Source: Polyangiaceae bacterium (GTDB lineage Bacteria > Myxococcota_A > Polyangia > Polyangiales > Polyangiaceae). From it: a DNA stretch of 64,000 nt. Position 1 is the first letter of the stretch; every line of letters begins with the position of its first letter. The stretch is from assembly GCA_965222375.1 (NCBI GenBank), contig CBDCTZ010000016.1, positions 2,144,001-2,208,000 on the forward strand, given 5' to 3'. The notes under the pieces were generated by a model that worked only from the letters and a program-made list of their open reading frames with translations, did not search any database and was not told the DNA's origin. Positions 36,944 through 47,631 of the stretch are shown in pieces. The translations under genes were made by a program, and so were the position numbers.

Positions 36944-39109
36944 ATGTCCGCCCGAAAAGTAGAATCTGCTGTCTCGGTTCGAGCGCGGCCGCTGCATGGG
37001 CGTGACTCCGAACTCGCACGCGTGATGGCGTTGGTGACGGAGGGAGAGCGGGTTACCCTCACGGGGCTGCCTGGGGTTGGGAAGACCGCACTGCTCAACA
37101 GCGCGATCCGAGCGCTGCGCGCTCAGTTCGAGGTCCAATGGCTGGTGCCTGGTGCGCCTCTGCCGCAGAGAGGAACCGGGCGCTTGCTCGTTGCTGACGT
37201 TTCAAGAGCCGACGCCGTCGAGGTGCCTGCGCTCACTGCAGCCGTGGAAGGCTGGGCTGGTCCGGCGCTGGTTGCCGCAAGTACAGCCCTCGGCGTGAGC
37301 GCTGAGCGCGTTGTGACTTTGCTGGGTCTGGGTGCACCTGCAAACGTCGATGGCCTCGAAGGTCATCCCGCTGCCGCCCTGTGGCTGGAGCACGTACGCG
37401 ACAGCGCGGGCGATGGGTATGCCCTCCCTCCAAGCGAGCGAGGTGCGCTGAAGTCGCTGCTCGAGCAGGTGGACGGACTGCCTGCCGCCGTGGTCATTTC
37501 TGCCGAACTGTTCTCGGCGTTGAGCTTGACTGAGCAGCTCGAGCAGTTGAGGACTGACGACGATCCCCTGGGGCTGCGCCTGTCCAAGCTGTTCGTTGCT
37601 GCTTGGAAGGTGTTGAGCAACGACCAGCAAGCCATCATGTTGTCTGCCTTGGTCATGAGTGGCACCTCTCTGGCGGAGGTTCGCTCACAGTTGGGGGCGG
37701 GCGCGTCGGAGGACCTGCTCGCGTTGCAACAGCGTGGCCTTCTGCGGCGCGGCAAGGCGGAACGCCTTCAGCTCCCACCCCCCGTCGCGCTTTCGATGCG
37801 ACACCTCGCTGGGTCGGAGGCCTTGGCGCAGGCCTCCGAGGCCTACGGGCGGCGTTTGCTCGAGCGTCTGAAGCAGGCGCTCATTCCAACGGGTGCCCTC
37901 GAGGGCGCTCGCGCCGCCCTCGAAGGACTGTTGAGCGAACCGGACCTCGTTCCGCAGCTGCGGTTCGATGCGCTGCTTGCGCTAGCGGATACGACCAACA
38001 AACTCGGCGACCCGGAAACCGCGTTGGATTGTACCGAGCAAGCGCATCGACTCGCGGTTACGGCGCAGCACCCCACGTGGGTCGCTCGAACCTTGATTCA
38101 AACGGCAGCGGTCTTCACGCAGCTTGGGGATCCTGCCGGCGCCATGACCCACGCGGAACGTGCGGTTCAGGCCGCTCAGGAGGCTGACCCACATGTCCAG
38201 CTCGAGGCGGGTGTTGTGTTGGCATCCGCGCTTCACGTGGGGCAGAGCTTGGAAAACGCTCGAGGCCATTACGAGCAGCAGGCCCGGCGCGCTGCGGAGT
38301 TCGGGGAGCGGGCTGTCGAGGCGCGCTGTATGGCGTACCGAGCTTTCGCCGCGACGGAGCTGGGGCATTTCGCCGAGGCGCTGGTGGAGCTGCGGGATGC
38401 GGTCGCCCTGCTCGAGGCGGCCGGGGACTCACGCTACGCTGGATTCACCCGCGCTGTGTTGGGGCTCATCAGCGCGGCAGAAGGCCATGTAGATATTGGC
38501 GAGACGTTGGTAGCGAAGGCAGCGAGGGCCCTGGACAAGAGCGATGACCCCTTCCTGACGACAGCCGTGAAGTTGTGCGGGATGGCAGTCCGCGCTCGAG
38601 CGGCAGGGGAGGGACCGGAGCGCACCGCTCGCCTTGCCGAGCTCGGCGCGTTGTTGCGGGAGTGCAAGAACCCCGACGCCGAGACGCGCGCCCCCACTGC
38701 GCGCTCCTTGGAGTTACGGCGGCTCGTGGCCTACTTGGATGCCACTCTCCTTCCCGATTCGGCGGCGCGAGCCGTGCTGCTCCTGGGGCCGGCGTACAGC
38801 TGGATGAGCATGGGCGGCGAACCCCGCTTGGATCTGCAAAGGCGGACGACTGCGCGTAGATTGTTGCAATGCTTGGTGGAGACGCAGCAGCGGGCCCCCG
38901 GGGCAGCCGCCGCGAGTGCAGCACTTGTGGCGGCTGCCTGGCCGGAGCAGCGCGTCATCAACGATTCTTCTATCAATCGACTGCGGGTCGCGATCTTCCG
39001 CTTGCGCCAGCTCGGCCTTGGCGAACGCGTTCAGTATGCGTCAGACGGTTACCTGCTCGATCCGAGCGTCGAGATCCGCCACGACGACTCCCCCGCCGAT
39101 AGCCAGTGA
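36944..39109 (+). CDS. P-loop ATPase/TPR protein with C-terminal winged-helix-like domain (STAND-like regulator)
   Basis: LHGRDSEL, TLTGLPGVGKT, VDGLPAAV, helical repeats, AAAWPEQR...NRLRVAIFRLRQLGL...GYLL. Confidence 0.8.
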   Translation: MSARKVESAVSVRARPLHGRDSELARVMALVTEGERVTLTGLPGVGKTALLNSAIRALRAQFEVQWLVPGAPLPQRGTGRLLVADVSRADAVEVPALTAAVEGWAGPALVAASTALGVSAERVVTLLGLGAPANVDGLEGHPAAALWLEHVRDSAGDGYALPPSERGALKSLLEQVDGLPAAVVISAELFSALSLTEQLEQLRTDDDPLGLRLSKLFVAAWKVLSNDQQAIMLSALVMSGTSLAEVRSQLGAGASEDLLALQQRGLLRRGKAERLQLPPPVALSMRHLAGSEALAQASEAYGRRLLERLKQALIPTGALEGARAALEGLLSEPDLVPQLRFDALLALADTTNKLGDPETALDCTEQAHRLAVTAQHPTWVARTLIQTAAVFTQLGDPAGAMTHAERAVQAAQEADPHVQLEAGVVLASALHVGQSLENARGHYEQQARRAAEFGERAVEARCMAYRAFAATELGHFAEALVELRDAVALLEAAGDSRYAGFTRAVLGLISAAEGHVDIGETLVAKAARALDKSDDPFLTTAVKLCGMAVRARAAGEGPERTARLAELGALLRECKNPDAETRAPTARSLELRRLVAYLDATLLPDSAARAVLLLGPAYSWMSMGGEPRLDLQRRTTARRLLQCLVETQQRAPGAAAASAALVAAAWPEQRVINDSSINRLRVAIFRLRQLGLGERVQYASDGYLLDPSVEIRHDDSPADSQ

Positions 39110-39153
39110 CTTGGATCATGGGCGCACCCGCGAAGCTCTAGAGCAGCGGTAGC

Positions 39154-39183
39154 GCCCCGGCGCGCCCCCTCGCGCGCCGGGGC
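39154..39183. terminator. GC-rich hairpin between convergent genes
   Basis: GCCCCGGCGCGC-CCCCTC-GCGCGCCGGGGC, 12-bp stem, no U-tract. Confidence 0.45.
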
Positions 39184-39193
39184 ACCCCTGAGC

Positions 39194-40591
39194 TCAGCGT
39201 AGCGCGGCTCGAATGGCCGCCATGGCTCGGAGCGCGCTGATCTTCCGCTGCTGATTGCTTTCGTTGTCGTAGTACTTCGCCAGCGCCGGCAGGAGTCGTT
39301 TGTCGGGCACGACACCGAGGCCCCAATAGTCCGACAGGATGTTTCCATTGTGGTCACGCCCGCCCACGCCATTGCGCGCCGCGTCGCGGATCTTCTCTTT
39401 CGGGTCATCCAACAGCTTGATCAGCTGAGTGGTCGACTTGGACTTGCCGCGTTGGGCCAAAGCGATATGGCCATAGACCTTGGCGCCCCGGAGCGAGCGG
39501 TTGTCGCTGTTGGCCAGCCGGCTCAGGGCGGCGTTGATCTTGCCGCTGACGGACTTGGTCTTGATGAAGGTCGATTCGATTGCAGCCTGCCTGGCGATGG
39601 ACCCGCTGATGGATCGCTTGCGGGGCTTGTACGTTCTGCCGCGCTTCTTGGCCCGGGCCTTGTTCTTTGCGATGCGCTCCTTTTCGCGAGCGGTCAGGGG
39701 CTTGTCACCCGAGATGTAGATGGTCAGGTCCTTCAAGTACTTGGTCTTGCCCAGATTGATCAGTGCACCGATGAGGGGCAGTCGTTTGTGGGGCGCTTTG
39801 GCTTCGGAAAGCTGAGCCTCGAGAAACCGTATGGCTCCTTTGTCCCCCATCCGTCCGAGGGAGCGCGCAACCTCCTTGGGATACTTCTCGAAGCTGCGCT
39901 CGAGCTTGCTCCTCGCGGATTTCTGCTTGAGTTCGCCAAGGTAGTAGATGCAGCTCTGGCGCACGCCGTCCGGGCCCCGTGAGCTCAGAGCGTTCTTGCA
40001 ATAGCCGGCGGCCGTCGTCGCGCCCCAGCGTGCGAGCGCCTGCAGCGCCGGTCGCTTGTAGCGGGCGCCCTTGTCCCCGTATTTGATCAAGCCGGTCAGG
40101 GCAGGCACGCTGCGCTTCTTGTCGCCCATGTAGTAGAGCGAATAGGCAACGGCTTCCCGCACATTCGCTCCGGCGGGGCCGATGTTCTTGGCGGAGATCA
40201 GATTCGTCAACAGTGGTACGTGTCGCTGGTTGCCGACGTAGCCTACGCCAGCGATTCCGAGCAGGTGCTCGAATTGCCCGTCACTGGAGCCGCAGTCGCT
40301 CTTGAATACGAGACTGCCGAGCTTCTTGCCCGCTGGTCGGGTCAAATCCGCGAGCATGCCAACGAACCCCGGCGAAAGCTTTCCCTGCACCGCGTGCAAG
40401 GACGCGTCACATTTGTCGATGTTGATGTGGCACTTGTACTCCCGAGTCAGCTTCTTCAGCTGGCCTCTGGCGGCGCAAGTCTTGGGCTGTCGGTACTTGG
40501 ATTGAATTGGGTTGGGCTCGACCGCACTCGCGGAACCCGCGACGAGCAGTGCGGCCGTGATGCCAGCGATGGATGTAGATAGTTTCTGCAT
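39194..40591 (-). CDS. Secreted basic HEAT-repeat protein
   Basis: GGAG RBS, signal peptide ending ASA, repeats such as ARSLGRMGDKGAIRFL and LIKLLDDPKEKIRDAA. Confidence 0.75.
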   Translation of the reverse strand: MQKLSTSIAGITAALLVAGSASAVEPNPIQSKYRQPKTCAARGQLKKLTREYKCHINIDKCDASLHAVQGKLSPGFVGMLADLTRPAGKKLGSLVFKSDCGSSDGQFEHLLGIAGVGYVGNQRHVPLLTNLISAKNIGPAGANVREAVAYSLYYMGDKKRSVPALTGLIKYGDKGARYKRPALQALARWGATTAAGYCKNALSSRGPDGVRQSCIYYLGELKQKSARSKLERSFEKYPKEVARSLGRMGDKGAIRFLEAQLSEAKAPHKRLPLIGALINLGKTKYLKDLTIYISGDKPLTAREKERIAKNKARAKKRGRTYKPRKRSISGSIARQAAIESTFIKTKSVSGKINAALSRLANSDNRSLRGAKVYGHIALAQRGKSKSTTQLIKLLDDPKEKIRDAARNGVGGRDHNGNILSDYWGLGVVPDKRLLPALAKYYDNESNQQRKISALRAMAAIRAALR

Positions 40592-40708
40592 GTTGTCTCC
40601 CGGCGAGCATACGGACGCGCGCAATCTAGATCCCCGCGCCGGGGCGACATGTAATCCGCTGTAATCCCAGCGCAGAAGCGTCGCTGGAGCCCGCCCACGC
40701 ACAGCGGC

Positions 40709-41560
40709 TTAGAACGCGCCCTGGAGACTCAACCTACCGCCACCCGGCGTGGCGCGGGCCGCAACGGCGGTTTCGACCTTGGAGTTGGGTGCGGTGAGCA
40801 CTAGGACCGCAGCGGTGCCCAGGGCGGCGACTCCAATCCCTAGCGCTATGTCGGCGAAGAGGTAGCGCTGCTTCATGCTGTCGTACTCGTCTTGACTGCA
40901 GAGCGGGGAGCACGACTCGAGGTCGTTTTCCTTGGCGCGTCCGGTGACCGCGAAATAGCCGAACCCACCCAGAGCCACGATGCCCACTCCGCCGGCAATC
41001 CACGCCGCGGTTGGAACGCCGGAGGATGTCTCCGTATCGGCAGTGGCGTTGTCAGCCCCAAGGGGCCGCGGACCAGTGGCGTCCTTCGCGGGCGTTTCGA
41101 AGCGAAACATTAGGGGCCGGGTCTTTTCTCCCTCTCGGATGACGACGCGAGCTTTCGCCGTCCGTTCGCCATCAGTGACCTCGAGATTCCGGATCCCAGG
41201 GTCGAGGATGATCGCTCGCCCATCGATTCTCGTCGCGACTTGCTTCCCATCTAGAAGAACACGCGCATCGACGACGTCAGCGCCGGCGCTGTCCGTAACG
41301 GCAACCACGACGGATGGAGTTCGATTACCCACTTCCTGAGATAGCCGTGCACATTCCTCGCGTACCTCGTCGGGGCAGTCGTCGCTGGCACACGCTAGGA
41401 ACGCCCGCTTGGCCTCCACGAGCTTGGCGTCCCGACTTGCGTCCAGGCCAACGGTGTGATCTTGCACGCATTGCTTGGCGTCCGCCCGCGCGTCCAGCGC
41501 GGTGGCGAACCCTGGCATTGCACATGCAATGCCGACCAGGAGTGGGGCTGGGTGTCTCAC
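40709..41560 (-). CDS. Secreted PEGA-like protein with C-terminal membrane region, typical partner of myxobacterial kinases
   Basis: GTGA overlap with the kinase stop; CASDDCPDEVREEC, VLLDGK...LDPG, C-terminal LSLQGAF. Confidence 0.7.
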   Translation of the reverse strand: MRHPAPLLVGIACAMPGFATALDARADAKQCVQDHTVGLDASRDAKLVEAKRAFLACASDDCPDEVREECARLSQEVGNRTPSVVVAVTDSAGADVVDARVLLDGKQVATRIDGRAIILDPGIRNLEVTDGERTAKARVVIREGEKTRPLMFRFETPAKDATGPRPLGADNATADTETSSGVPTAAWIAGGVGIVALGGFGYFAVTGRAKENDLESCSPLCSQDEYDSMKQRYLFADIALGIGVAALGTAAVLVLTAPNSKVETAVAARATPGGGRLSLQGAF

Positions 41561-43008
41561 TTGAAGCACTCCTCTTTGAACCGCTTTTGGCCGTGTTTGT
41601 CGATATAGTAGTTTGGGTTGCAGTTGACTTGGGGCTTTGTGGGCTTCGGCGGCGGCTTGGGTCGCACCGCGGTGGGGCGAGCGGCCGGCCGCGGAGGAGT
41701 CACGGGGGCGGGCTCTTGGGACGAGGCGGTAGGCGGCGGTGGCGTCGATGCGGTGACCGGCGGCGGGGCGGCAGGCTCGGTTGGGACTTGCTCGGGCTCA
41801 GGCGGTGCCGCAATGCCCTCCTGGCTCGCGGCACCGAGGGCGGCGTCGCGCTTGGAACTCGGACCCAACAGCGATCGACCGAACAGCACGGCTGCCAGCC
41901 CGAGCCCCGCCAGAAGTGCCAATGCTGCCAGCATGACTCTACGCTTCTGGCGGCGCCGAGCCCCGGGATCCGTCGTCGCAGATAGGTCGGTGTCAGTCAC
42001 TTCATCCGCGGCAACTCGCCGGTCCACCAGATGCACGGACGAGTCGGTGGCGCTGCTCGACTCGATTTCTGCCAGGCGGCGAGCGCGCTCTTCAAGCTTG
42101 TCGCCCATGGCAGCCCTGACCCAGCGCCGCACCTCCGGTGCAGCTGCGCGCGGCACGGCCTGGTTGAGGGCTTCTGCCATTTGCAGGGCATTGTCGAAGC
42201 GCTCCTCTGGCTTGCGAGAAAGCGCTCGCAAAATCACCTCGTCGAGCTGAGCCGGTAGAGATGGGACCAGATCGGTCGGTCGACTCACTTCCCCGGAGAG
42301 TACGCGCGCCATGATCTGCGCTGGAGAGTCTGCGCTGAACAACCGTCTGCCGGTGCAGAGTTCCCAACTAACTATGCCGGCGGCGAAGATATCTGCGCGG
42401 CGATCGCAGCTCTTCAACTCCAGCTGCTCGGGCGACATGTACGCCAGCTTGCCTTTGAGTTGCCCCTCGGAGGTCGTTTGCATGCGCGACGCCGCTTTGG
42501 CGACGCCAAAGTCTACGATGCGCGCAATCCCATCTAGGCCAACCAGAACATTTTGTGGCGAGACGTCGCGATGAACGATCTTGAGGGGCTCACCGTGATC
42601 GTCCGAGGCTTCGTGGGCAGCGTGCAGCCCGAGCAATAGGTCGCTGACGATTGCGGAAGCGACCACTACGGGAAGCTTCTTGCCAGCCCGCAGAGCGGTT
42701 CGGAATACTCGGGCCAGGCTTTCGCCCTCCACGTACTCCATGACCACGAAGACCTCGCCACTCTCGTTCACTAGGTCCAGGGTCGGGACGACATTCGGGT
42801 GCCGAATGCGCGACGCCAACCTTGCCTCGTCCAGCAGGGTCGAGACGAAGGCGGGATCTTTGGCAATGTGCGGGTGCAGGCGCTTGATCGCGACAGTGCG
42901 AGCGAAACCGCTGCTGGCTACCAGGCGCCCAAAATGCACGCTAGCCATGCCGCCCGAGGCGATTTCCTCGAACACCAGATATCGGTTCACTTGCAGGAGA
43001 GGTTTCAC
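41557..43008 (-). CDS. Membrane-anchored Ser/Thr protein kinase
   Basis: ASGGMASV, VAIKRL, HRDVSPQN, DFGVAK, GKLAYMSPEQ, TM helix, Pro-rich tail, CNPNYY...FKEEC. Confidence 0.95.
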   Translation of the reverse strand: MKPLLQVNRYLVFEEIASGGMASVHFGRLVASSGFARTVAIKRLHPHIAKDPAFVSTLLDEARLASRIRHPNVVPTLDLVNESGEVFVVMEYVEGESLARVFRTALRAGKKLPVVVASAIVSDLLLGLHAAHEASDDHGEPLKIVHRDVSPQNVLVGLDGIARIVDFGVAKAASRMQTTSEGQLKGKLAYMSPEQLELKSCDRRADIFAAGIVSWELCTGRRLFSADSPAQIMARVLSGEVSRPTDLVPSLPAQLDEVILRALSRKPEERFDNALQMAEALNQAVPRAAAPEVRRWVRAAMGDKLEERARRLAEIESSSATDSSVHLVDRRVAADEVTDTDLSATTDPGARRRQKRRVMLAALALLAGLGLAAVLFGRSLLGPSSKRDAALGAASQEGIAAPPEPEQVPTEPAAPPPVTASTPPPPTASSQEPAPVTPPRPAARPTAVRPKPPPKPTKPQVNCNPNYYIDKHGQKRFKEECFK

Positions 43009-43094
43009 TTTGTTCCCGGCGAGGGCGTCCCTGATCGGCTCGGCCTCGGAGCGCGGCAGTTTCGCAGTATAATGCGAACGAGCCGAGCGGCGCC

Positions 43095-44399
43095 ATGAGC
43101 GAACATACCTCTACAGAAACGCACCACGGTCGCGCTGGGGATGCAGCTCATACGCCTCCGGCGTCGGCCATTGTCGGGTTGTTTTCCGAGGTGATCCCCC
43201 GAATCGGCGCCCGCTTGGTGTCGAAGCCATTCCAGCTGGGTCGAGGGGCCGAGTGCGATCTGACCCTGGATGACAAGAAAGTATCCCGCGCTCATGCGCG
43301 ACTCGTTCCCGATGGGGACGCTCTGCGGGTGATTGATCTGGGCAGCCACAACGGCACTTATTTGAACGGTCTGCGCGTGGAGCAGAGGGGTGCTCGGGCA
43401 ACCCATGGCGATGTGCTGCGTGTGGGGCGCAGCTTGTTTTTGGTCATCACCAATGGCCGGAGCTTCATCGAGTTCAATCCCCGTGGCTCGAGAGATCTCG
43501 TGGGTGGTCCAACCATGGAAGCAGCGTGGCGGACGCTCGAGGCCATCGCCCCTGAACCTGGCCCCGTCCTGCTAGAGGGAGAAAGCGGCACCGGCAAGGA
43601 ACACTGCGGCGCATTGCTGCACAACATGAGCGGGCGACCAGGGCCGCTGGTGAAGGTCAACAGCGCCGCTCTTCCGGCGGCGCTGGCCGAGTCTGAGCTC
43701 TTTGGCCATGTTGCAGGCGCGTTTTCCGGATCCCAGAAGCGTCGCGGTGGTTTGTTTCTCGAGGCCAATCGCGGAACTCTGTTTCTCGACGAAGTTGGCG
43801 AGCTGCCTCTAGAGCTTCAGCCCAAGCTGCTCAGAGTCCTGGAAGAAGGGTCACTGCGGCCAGTTGGAGCGGACCGGGCACACGAAGTGGACGTTCGGGT
43901 CGTGGCTGCCACAAACCGCAATCTCGACGTGATGCTTGAAGAGGGGCAGTTCCGACTCGACCTGCTGCATCGCCTTGCCGCGCACCGGGTCCGGCTACCG
44001 CCGCTGCGTGAGCGCAGGGAGGACATTCCGGCCCTTGTTCTTCGCGCCATGGGGACGGAACCGCTGGTAGTGGAGGCGCTCGCGATGGAGCGCTGGTTGC
44101 TTGAGGATTGGCCAGGGAACGTTCGCCAGCTCAACAACGAAGTTGCCCGGCTCGCACTGCAGGCCCGCCATCAGGGTCACTCGGCCATCAGCGGCGAGAT
44201 GCTGCCTGCTGAAGCTCATGCGCCCAGGCCTGCAGCCCCCAAGGTGAGCGCGCCGGAGCGAACCCGACTCATCACTGCCCTCGAACTATATCGAGGCAAT
44301 GTGGCCAAAGTTGCCCGCGAACTAGGGGTCCAGCGGACTAAGCTCTACGATCTGATGAACCGCCACGGGATCGACCCACGCGAGTATCGTCGCGGCTAG
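43095..44399 (+). CDS. FHA-domain sigma-54-dependent transcriptional activator
   Basis: FHA (GR, VSRAHA, SHNGT), [36 protein letters not shown], Fis-type HTH. Confidence 0.93.
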   Translation: MSEHTSTETHHGRAGDAAHTPPASAIVGLFSEVIPRIGARLVSKPFQLGRGAECDLTLDDKKVSRAHARLVPDGDALRVIDLGSHNGTYLNGLRVEQRGARATHGDVLRVGRSLFLVITNGRSFIEFNPRGSRDLVGGPTMEAAWRTLEAIAPEPGPVLLEGESGTGKEHCGALLHNMSGRPGPLVKVNSAALPAALAESELFGHVAGAFSGSQKRRGGLFLEANRGTLFLDEVGELPLELQPKLLRVLEEGSLRPVGADRAHEVDVRVVAATNRNLDVMLEEGQFRLDLLHRLAAHRVRLPPLRERREDIPALVLRAMGTEPLVVEALAMERWLLEDWPGNVRQLNNEVARLALQARHQGHSAISGEMLPAEAHAPRPAAPKVSAPERTRLITALELYRGNVAKVARELGVQRTKLYDLMNRHGIDPREYRRG

Positions 44400-44467
44400 T
44401 GTGAATGATTCGGTTGGGGCCCGGCTCGTGGGGCAAGAGTGCCCTGGCAGGTCTGGCGCTCGCGCAC

Positions 44468-46951
44468 TCACCCGTCTCGGAGGATCTTCAGGCCGGGCAC
44501 CAGCAGGTACCCTGCTGCATCGGCGCGTAGGTATTCTGCCAGCCCCATTTGCCTCAGGCGGAATACAGTCACACGGAGGCGGTTGATGGCGGACTCATTC
44601 AAAACGCGTTGCTCCGGCCAGGCGGCTGCGATCAACTGCTCGTTGTCAACCACCGTACCTGGAGCACGCTCGTTCGCATCCGCTAGGCAGGCCAGAAGGC
44701 GCCGTGCGGTTGGGCGCCGCTCTAGCTCCACTCTAGGCTCTGCGTTGAGCTGAATCCATCGTGCGTCCGGTCCGAGGTGGAGCGAGCCAAGTTCGGCGTT
44801 ACTTCCGAGAACCTCTGCTTCCATGAAGGCCGCGAGGCGCCGCAACTCGACGGAGCGCGCGGTGGGCGAGCGGGTTTCCGCAGCCCGGTCTCGGAGCGCC
44901 TCGAGCATACATGCAAGCTCCTCACGCTCTGGTCCACGGCCATCGCCGCTGGCCGTGAGCGCGACGCGGGCCTTGCACAACCTCACCGCGGCGAGAAGAA
45001 GTGCGTCACCGGTGGGCTCGAGGGTTCGTTCCGCCCGATCTACAAGGCTCGAGCCCAGCTCGACGTGGCCCTGGCGCGCGTGGAGCACACCCAACAATGC
45101 GCGCGCGAACGCAGCGTACCGCTGGTCGCCGGCCGTTTCGAGTCGGGACGCCCCCTCGTCGAGCTCTACCCGGCTAGTTGCGAAGTCCCCGCTCAGAGCC
45201 GAGGCAAGCCCCTTGTAGGCGATGCAGCGCGCATGGACGGCGTGCTCACCCAGAGTTTCCGCGGTGACCATCAATTGTGAGTACTTCCGACGAGCGAGGG
45301 CGAAATCCCCCGCGCAGTTGTGGGCCGTGGCAAGTACCAAGCCTGCTTCGAGCTGCACGCGTTCTTCGGCGTCCGCAGCAGACTCTACGGCCCGTCGTGC
45401 GTAGCTGAGGGCGCCCTCGGCATCGCCCAGTTGCACAAACGTCGCTGCCATCTGCGTAAACGCGAGTGCAATGCCGGTCCCGTCTTGGGTCGATAGTGCG
45501 ATGTGCAAGGCGTGTTCGGCGGAATCGACCGCTAGATCAGGATCCCCCAGCTTGGTTCCAATGTCCGATAGCGCGAGCGTCACTTCGAAACGCAAGTCTT
45601 CGCTCAGGCCTACATCGGCCAGGAGGGACTGCAGTGTCTGCCGAGCGGTTTCCAAGTCTCCCGTGGGCACTAGTTGGTTTCTGAGCTGCAATAGCAGTGC
45701 GTGGACCCGCGGAGATGAAGCCAGTGGTAGTGCGTTGCTCTCCAGCACCGCAGCTTCTAGGGCTCGTTCAGCTTTGAGACCCTGGCCCGCCCGTTGATGG
45801 GCCTCGACGCGCGCCAACCAAACCCGCGTCGCCAGCTCTGGCTCCAGGCCGTCGCTATCTTCCATCAGCGCCGCCCAGATTTCCGGGAACTCGCCCGGCG
45901 ATAATGCACCACTGCATTCGAGCGCTAGTTCGAGGCGCAGACGTGAATCGCCAATCCTGGGCAGCACGTGCGCTGTCGTTTTCCACCGAGCGTCGTGCTC
46001 GAGACTACGAGTTTGGCGTAGCCATTCGCCGAGCTGTGCCGAGGCGTGCGCCAAGACCGACTCGGTGGCGAGATGTTCGACCGCGAATTCGAAGGGAGGC
46101 GCAAGCGCCAGGGAGGCCATGACGTTGCGGCGCATCAGGCCGCGCTGCTGGAGGCAAAGCACGTCCTCGAGCACATCGGCGTACGATCCCCCCGCGGCCT
46201 CGGGCGGCAAGGCGTTGGCCGCCGCAGCTGTCACGGCGACGAGACGTTGCTGCGGAACGCTCAACTGTTTCCATGCGGGCTGAAAGATCCTGGCCAGCCG
46301 CTTGCCAATCGGATCTTCTCGCGTGCCCAGGCGCCTGAGTTGTTCCTGAAGGCTCAACACGGAGTGAAGGGTTGCTGAAGCCACCACCGCCGCGGGCAAG
46401 CCACCGACGGCTTCGAGCAGCAAGCACAACTCTCCGGCCTCATCTGGATTCAGATCGAACGAATCACCACGGAGCCGCCGAGCGTGGTCGAGCCAGAGCT
46501 GAAACGCCGGGTGCCCGGGCGCCGCACTGGACTTGCCAGGAGCCTCGAGCCCCCCGACGAAGAGCACGCGCTCGCAGGGTGCACCAAGCGCTGTGAGCGA
46601 TGTCACTAGCGCCGCCCCGCCCCAGTCCTCCATGGCCGCCGCAAGCGCTTCAGTTTCCGTCGTATCTCCAGAGTCACAGTCGGCAAGCAGCAGTGCAGAT
46701 GGGTCAAGGGTCTCTAGCGGCATGCCGGGAAGCCACCAGACGATCCCTCGCTGTTGGCGCAGAAGCCGAGCAGCCTCGTGCAGGAGCGAAGTCTTGCCGG
46801 AACCAGGCAAGCCAGTCAGCGTGACTCGCTCTTCGCATTTCGAGAGCAAGAGTTCGAGCTGGCGGAGTTCCGTCTCTCTCCCATAGAGTCGCGGTGACCT
46901 CGCCACAACGCCAGATTGACGTCGTGATGGCAGTCGTTGTTTCGCGTGCAT
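44468..46951 (-). CDS. P-loop ATPase/TPR/winged-helix regulator, paralog of 36944-39109
   Basis: LYGRETEL, TLTGLPGSGKT, AETRSPTARSVELRRL, AAAWPEQRVLNESAINRLRV; start uncertain. Confidence 0.8.
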   Translation of the reverse strand: MHAKQRLPSRRQSGVVARSPRLYGRETELRQLELLLSKCEERVTLTGLPGSGKTSLLHEAARLLRQQRGIVWWLPGMPLETLDPSALLLADCDSGDTTETEALAAAMEDWGGAALVTSLTALGAPCERVLFVGGLEAPGKSSAAPGHPAFQLWLDHARRLRGDSFDLNPDEAGELCLLLEAVGGLPAAVVASATLHSVLSLQEQLRRLGTREDPIGKRLARIFQPAWKQLSVPQQRLVAVTAAAANALPPEAAGGSYADVLEDVLCLQQRGLMRRNVMASLALAPPFEFAVEHLATESVLAHASAQLGEWLRQTRSLEHDARWKTTAHVLPRIGDSRLRLELALECSGALSPGEFPEIWAALMEDSDGLEPELATRVWLARVEAHQRAGQGLKAERALEAAVLESNALPLASSPRVHALLLQLRNQLVPTGDLETARQTLQSLLADVGLSEDLRFEVTLALSDIGTKLGDPDLAVDSAEHALHIALSTQDGTGIALAFTQMAATFVQLGDAEGALSYARRAVESAADAEERVQLEAGLVLATAHNCAGDFALARRKYSQLMVTAETLGEHAVHARCIAYKGLASALSGDFATSRVELDEGASRLETAGDQRYAAFARALLGVLHARQGHVELGSSLVDRAERTLEPTGDALLLAAVRLCKARVALTASGDGRGPEREELACMLEALRDRAAETRSPTARSVELRRLAAFMEAEVLGSNAELGSLHLGPDARWIQLNAEPRVELERRPTARRLLACLADANERAPGTVVDNEQLIAAAWPEQRVLNESAINRLRVTVFRLRQMGLAEYLRADAAGYLLVPGLKILRDG

Positions 46952-47631
46952 TTGCTTCGCCACACGCACTCTGCATGCCAACCGGTAGAGGGAGGAGCGC
47001 TCCGCGACGCGAGCTGGTTAAGACGTCTTCCCGCGCGACGCCCCGCCGCCCCGAGCCGCCGCTCATGGGCGACGGACGACGAGCCAACAAACAGAGATGT
47101 TTCGCCGAGTTGGGCCCAATCCCGGTGTCCGACAGGTGTCGGACGAAACGACAGGTCGCAGCGGACGCTGGGGTGCGCACTCGGGCGCCCAGGCCCGTCC
47201 GTGCCGTCAAGACTTGGATCGCCGCGGGCGAGAGCGGTTTGTTCGCTGTGGTCTCGGACCTGCAGCGCAAGGCGCACCTGACCAGCGTTTCGCATCGCAC
47301 TCTGGTGACTGACTCGCCATCATCACGCTGCGTGTGACTCGGGCTCAGAAAGAGACGCCGCAGCGGCGCGGAGCCGAGGGAAACGGCGGCGGGCGCAAGG
47401 AGTGCAGGTGTTGCTAGCTGAGGTGGCATCGCTGGTTCGGACGGCAAGCTTGGGAACCGCCGGGTCTGAGGGCGGAACCGCCAGTTCGAGCGGCAATGGC
47501 TCGAGTGGCGCGCCCGCCGCGTCGTGAAGCCCCAGTGACAGCATCGCGTCGAGCTGCTGATTCGAACCGTGACCACGCGCAGGACCACCGCAGCATAGGC
47601 CTGTGTGGGAGCCCTATGCTACCTTGGACCC

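Noticed and set aside
43716..43733. GAFSGS instead of GAFTGA as a sign of a sigma54-independent activator
   Set aside because: GAFSG variants occur among such activators; not enough evidence from sequence alone
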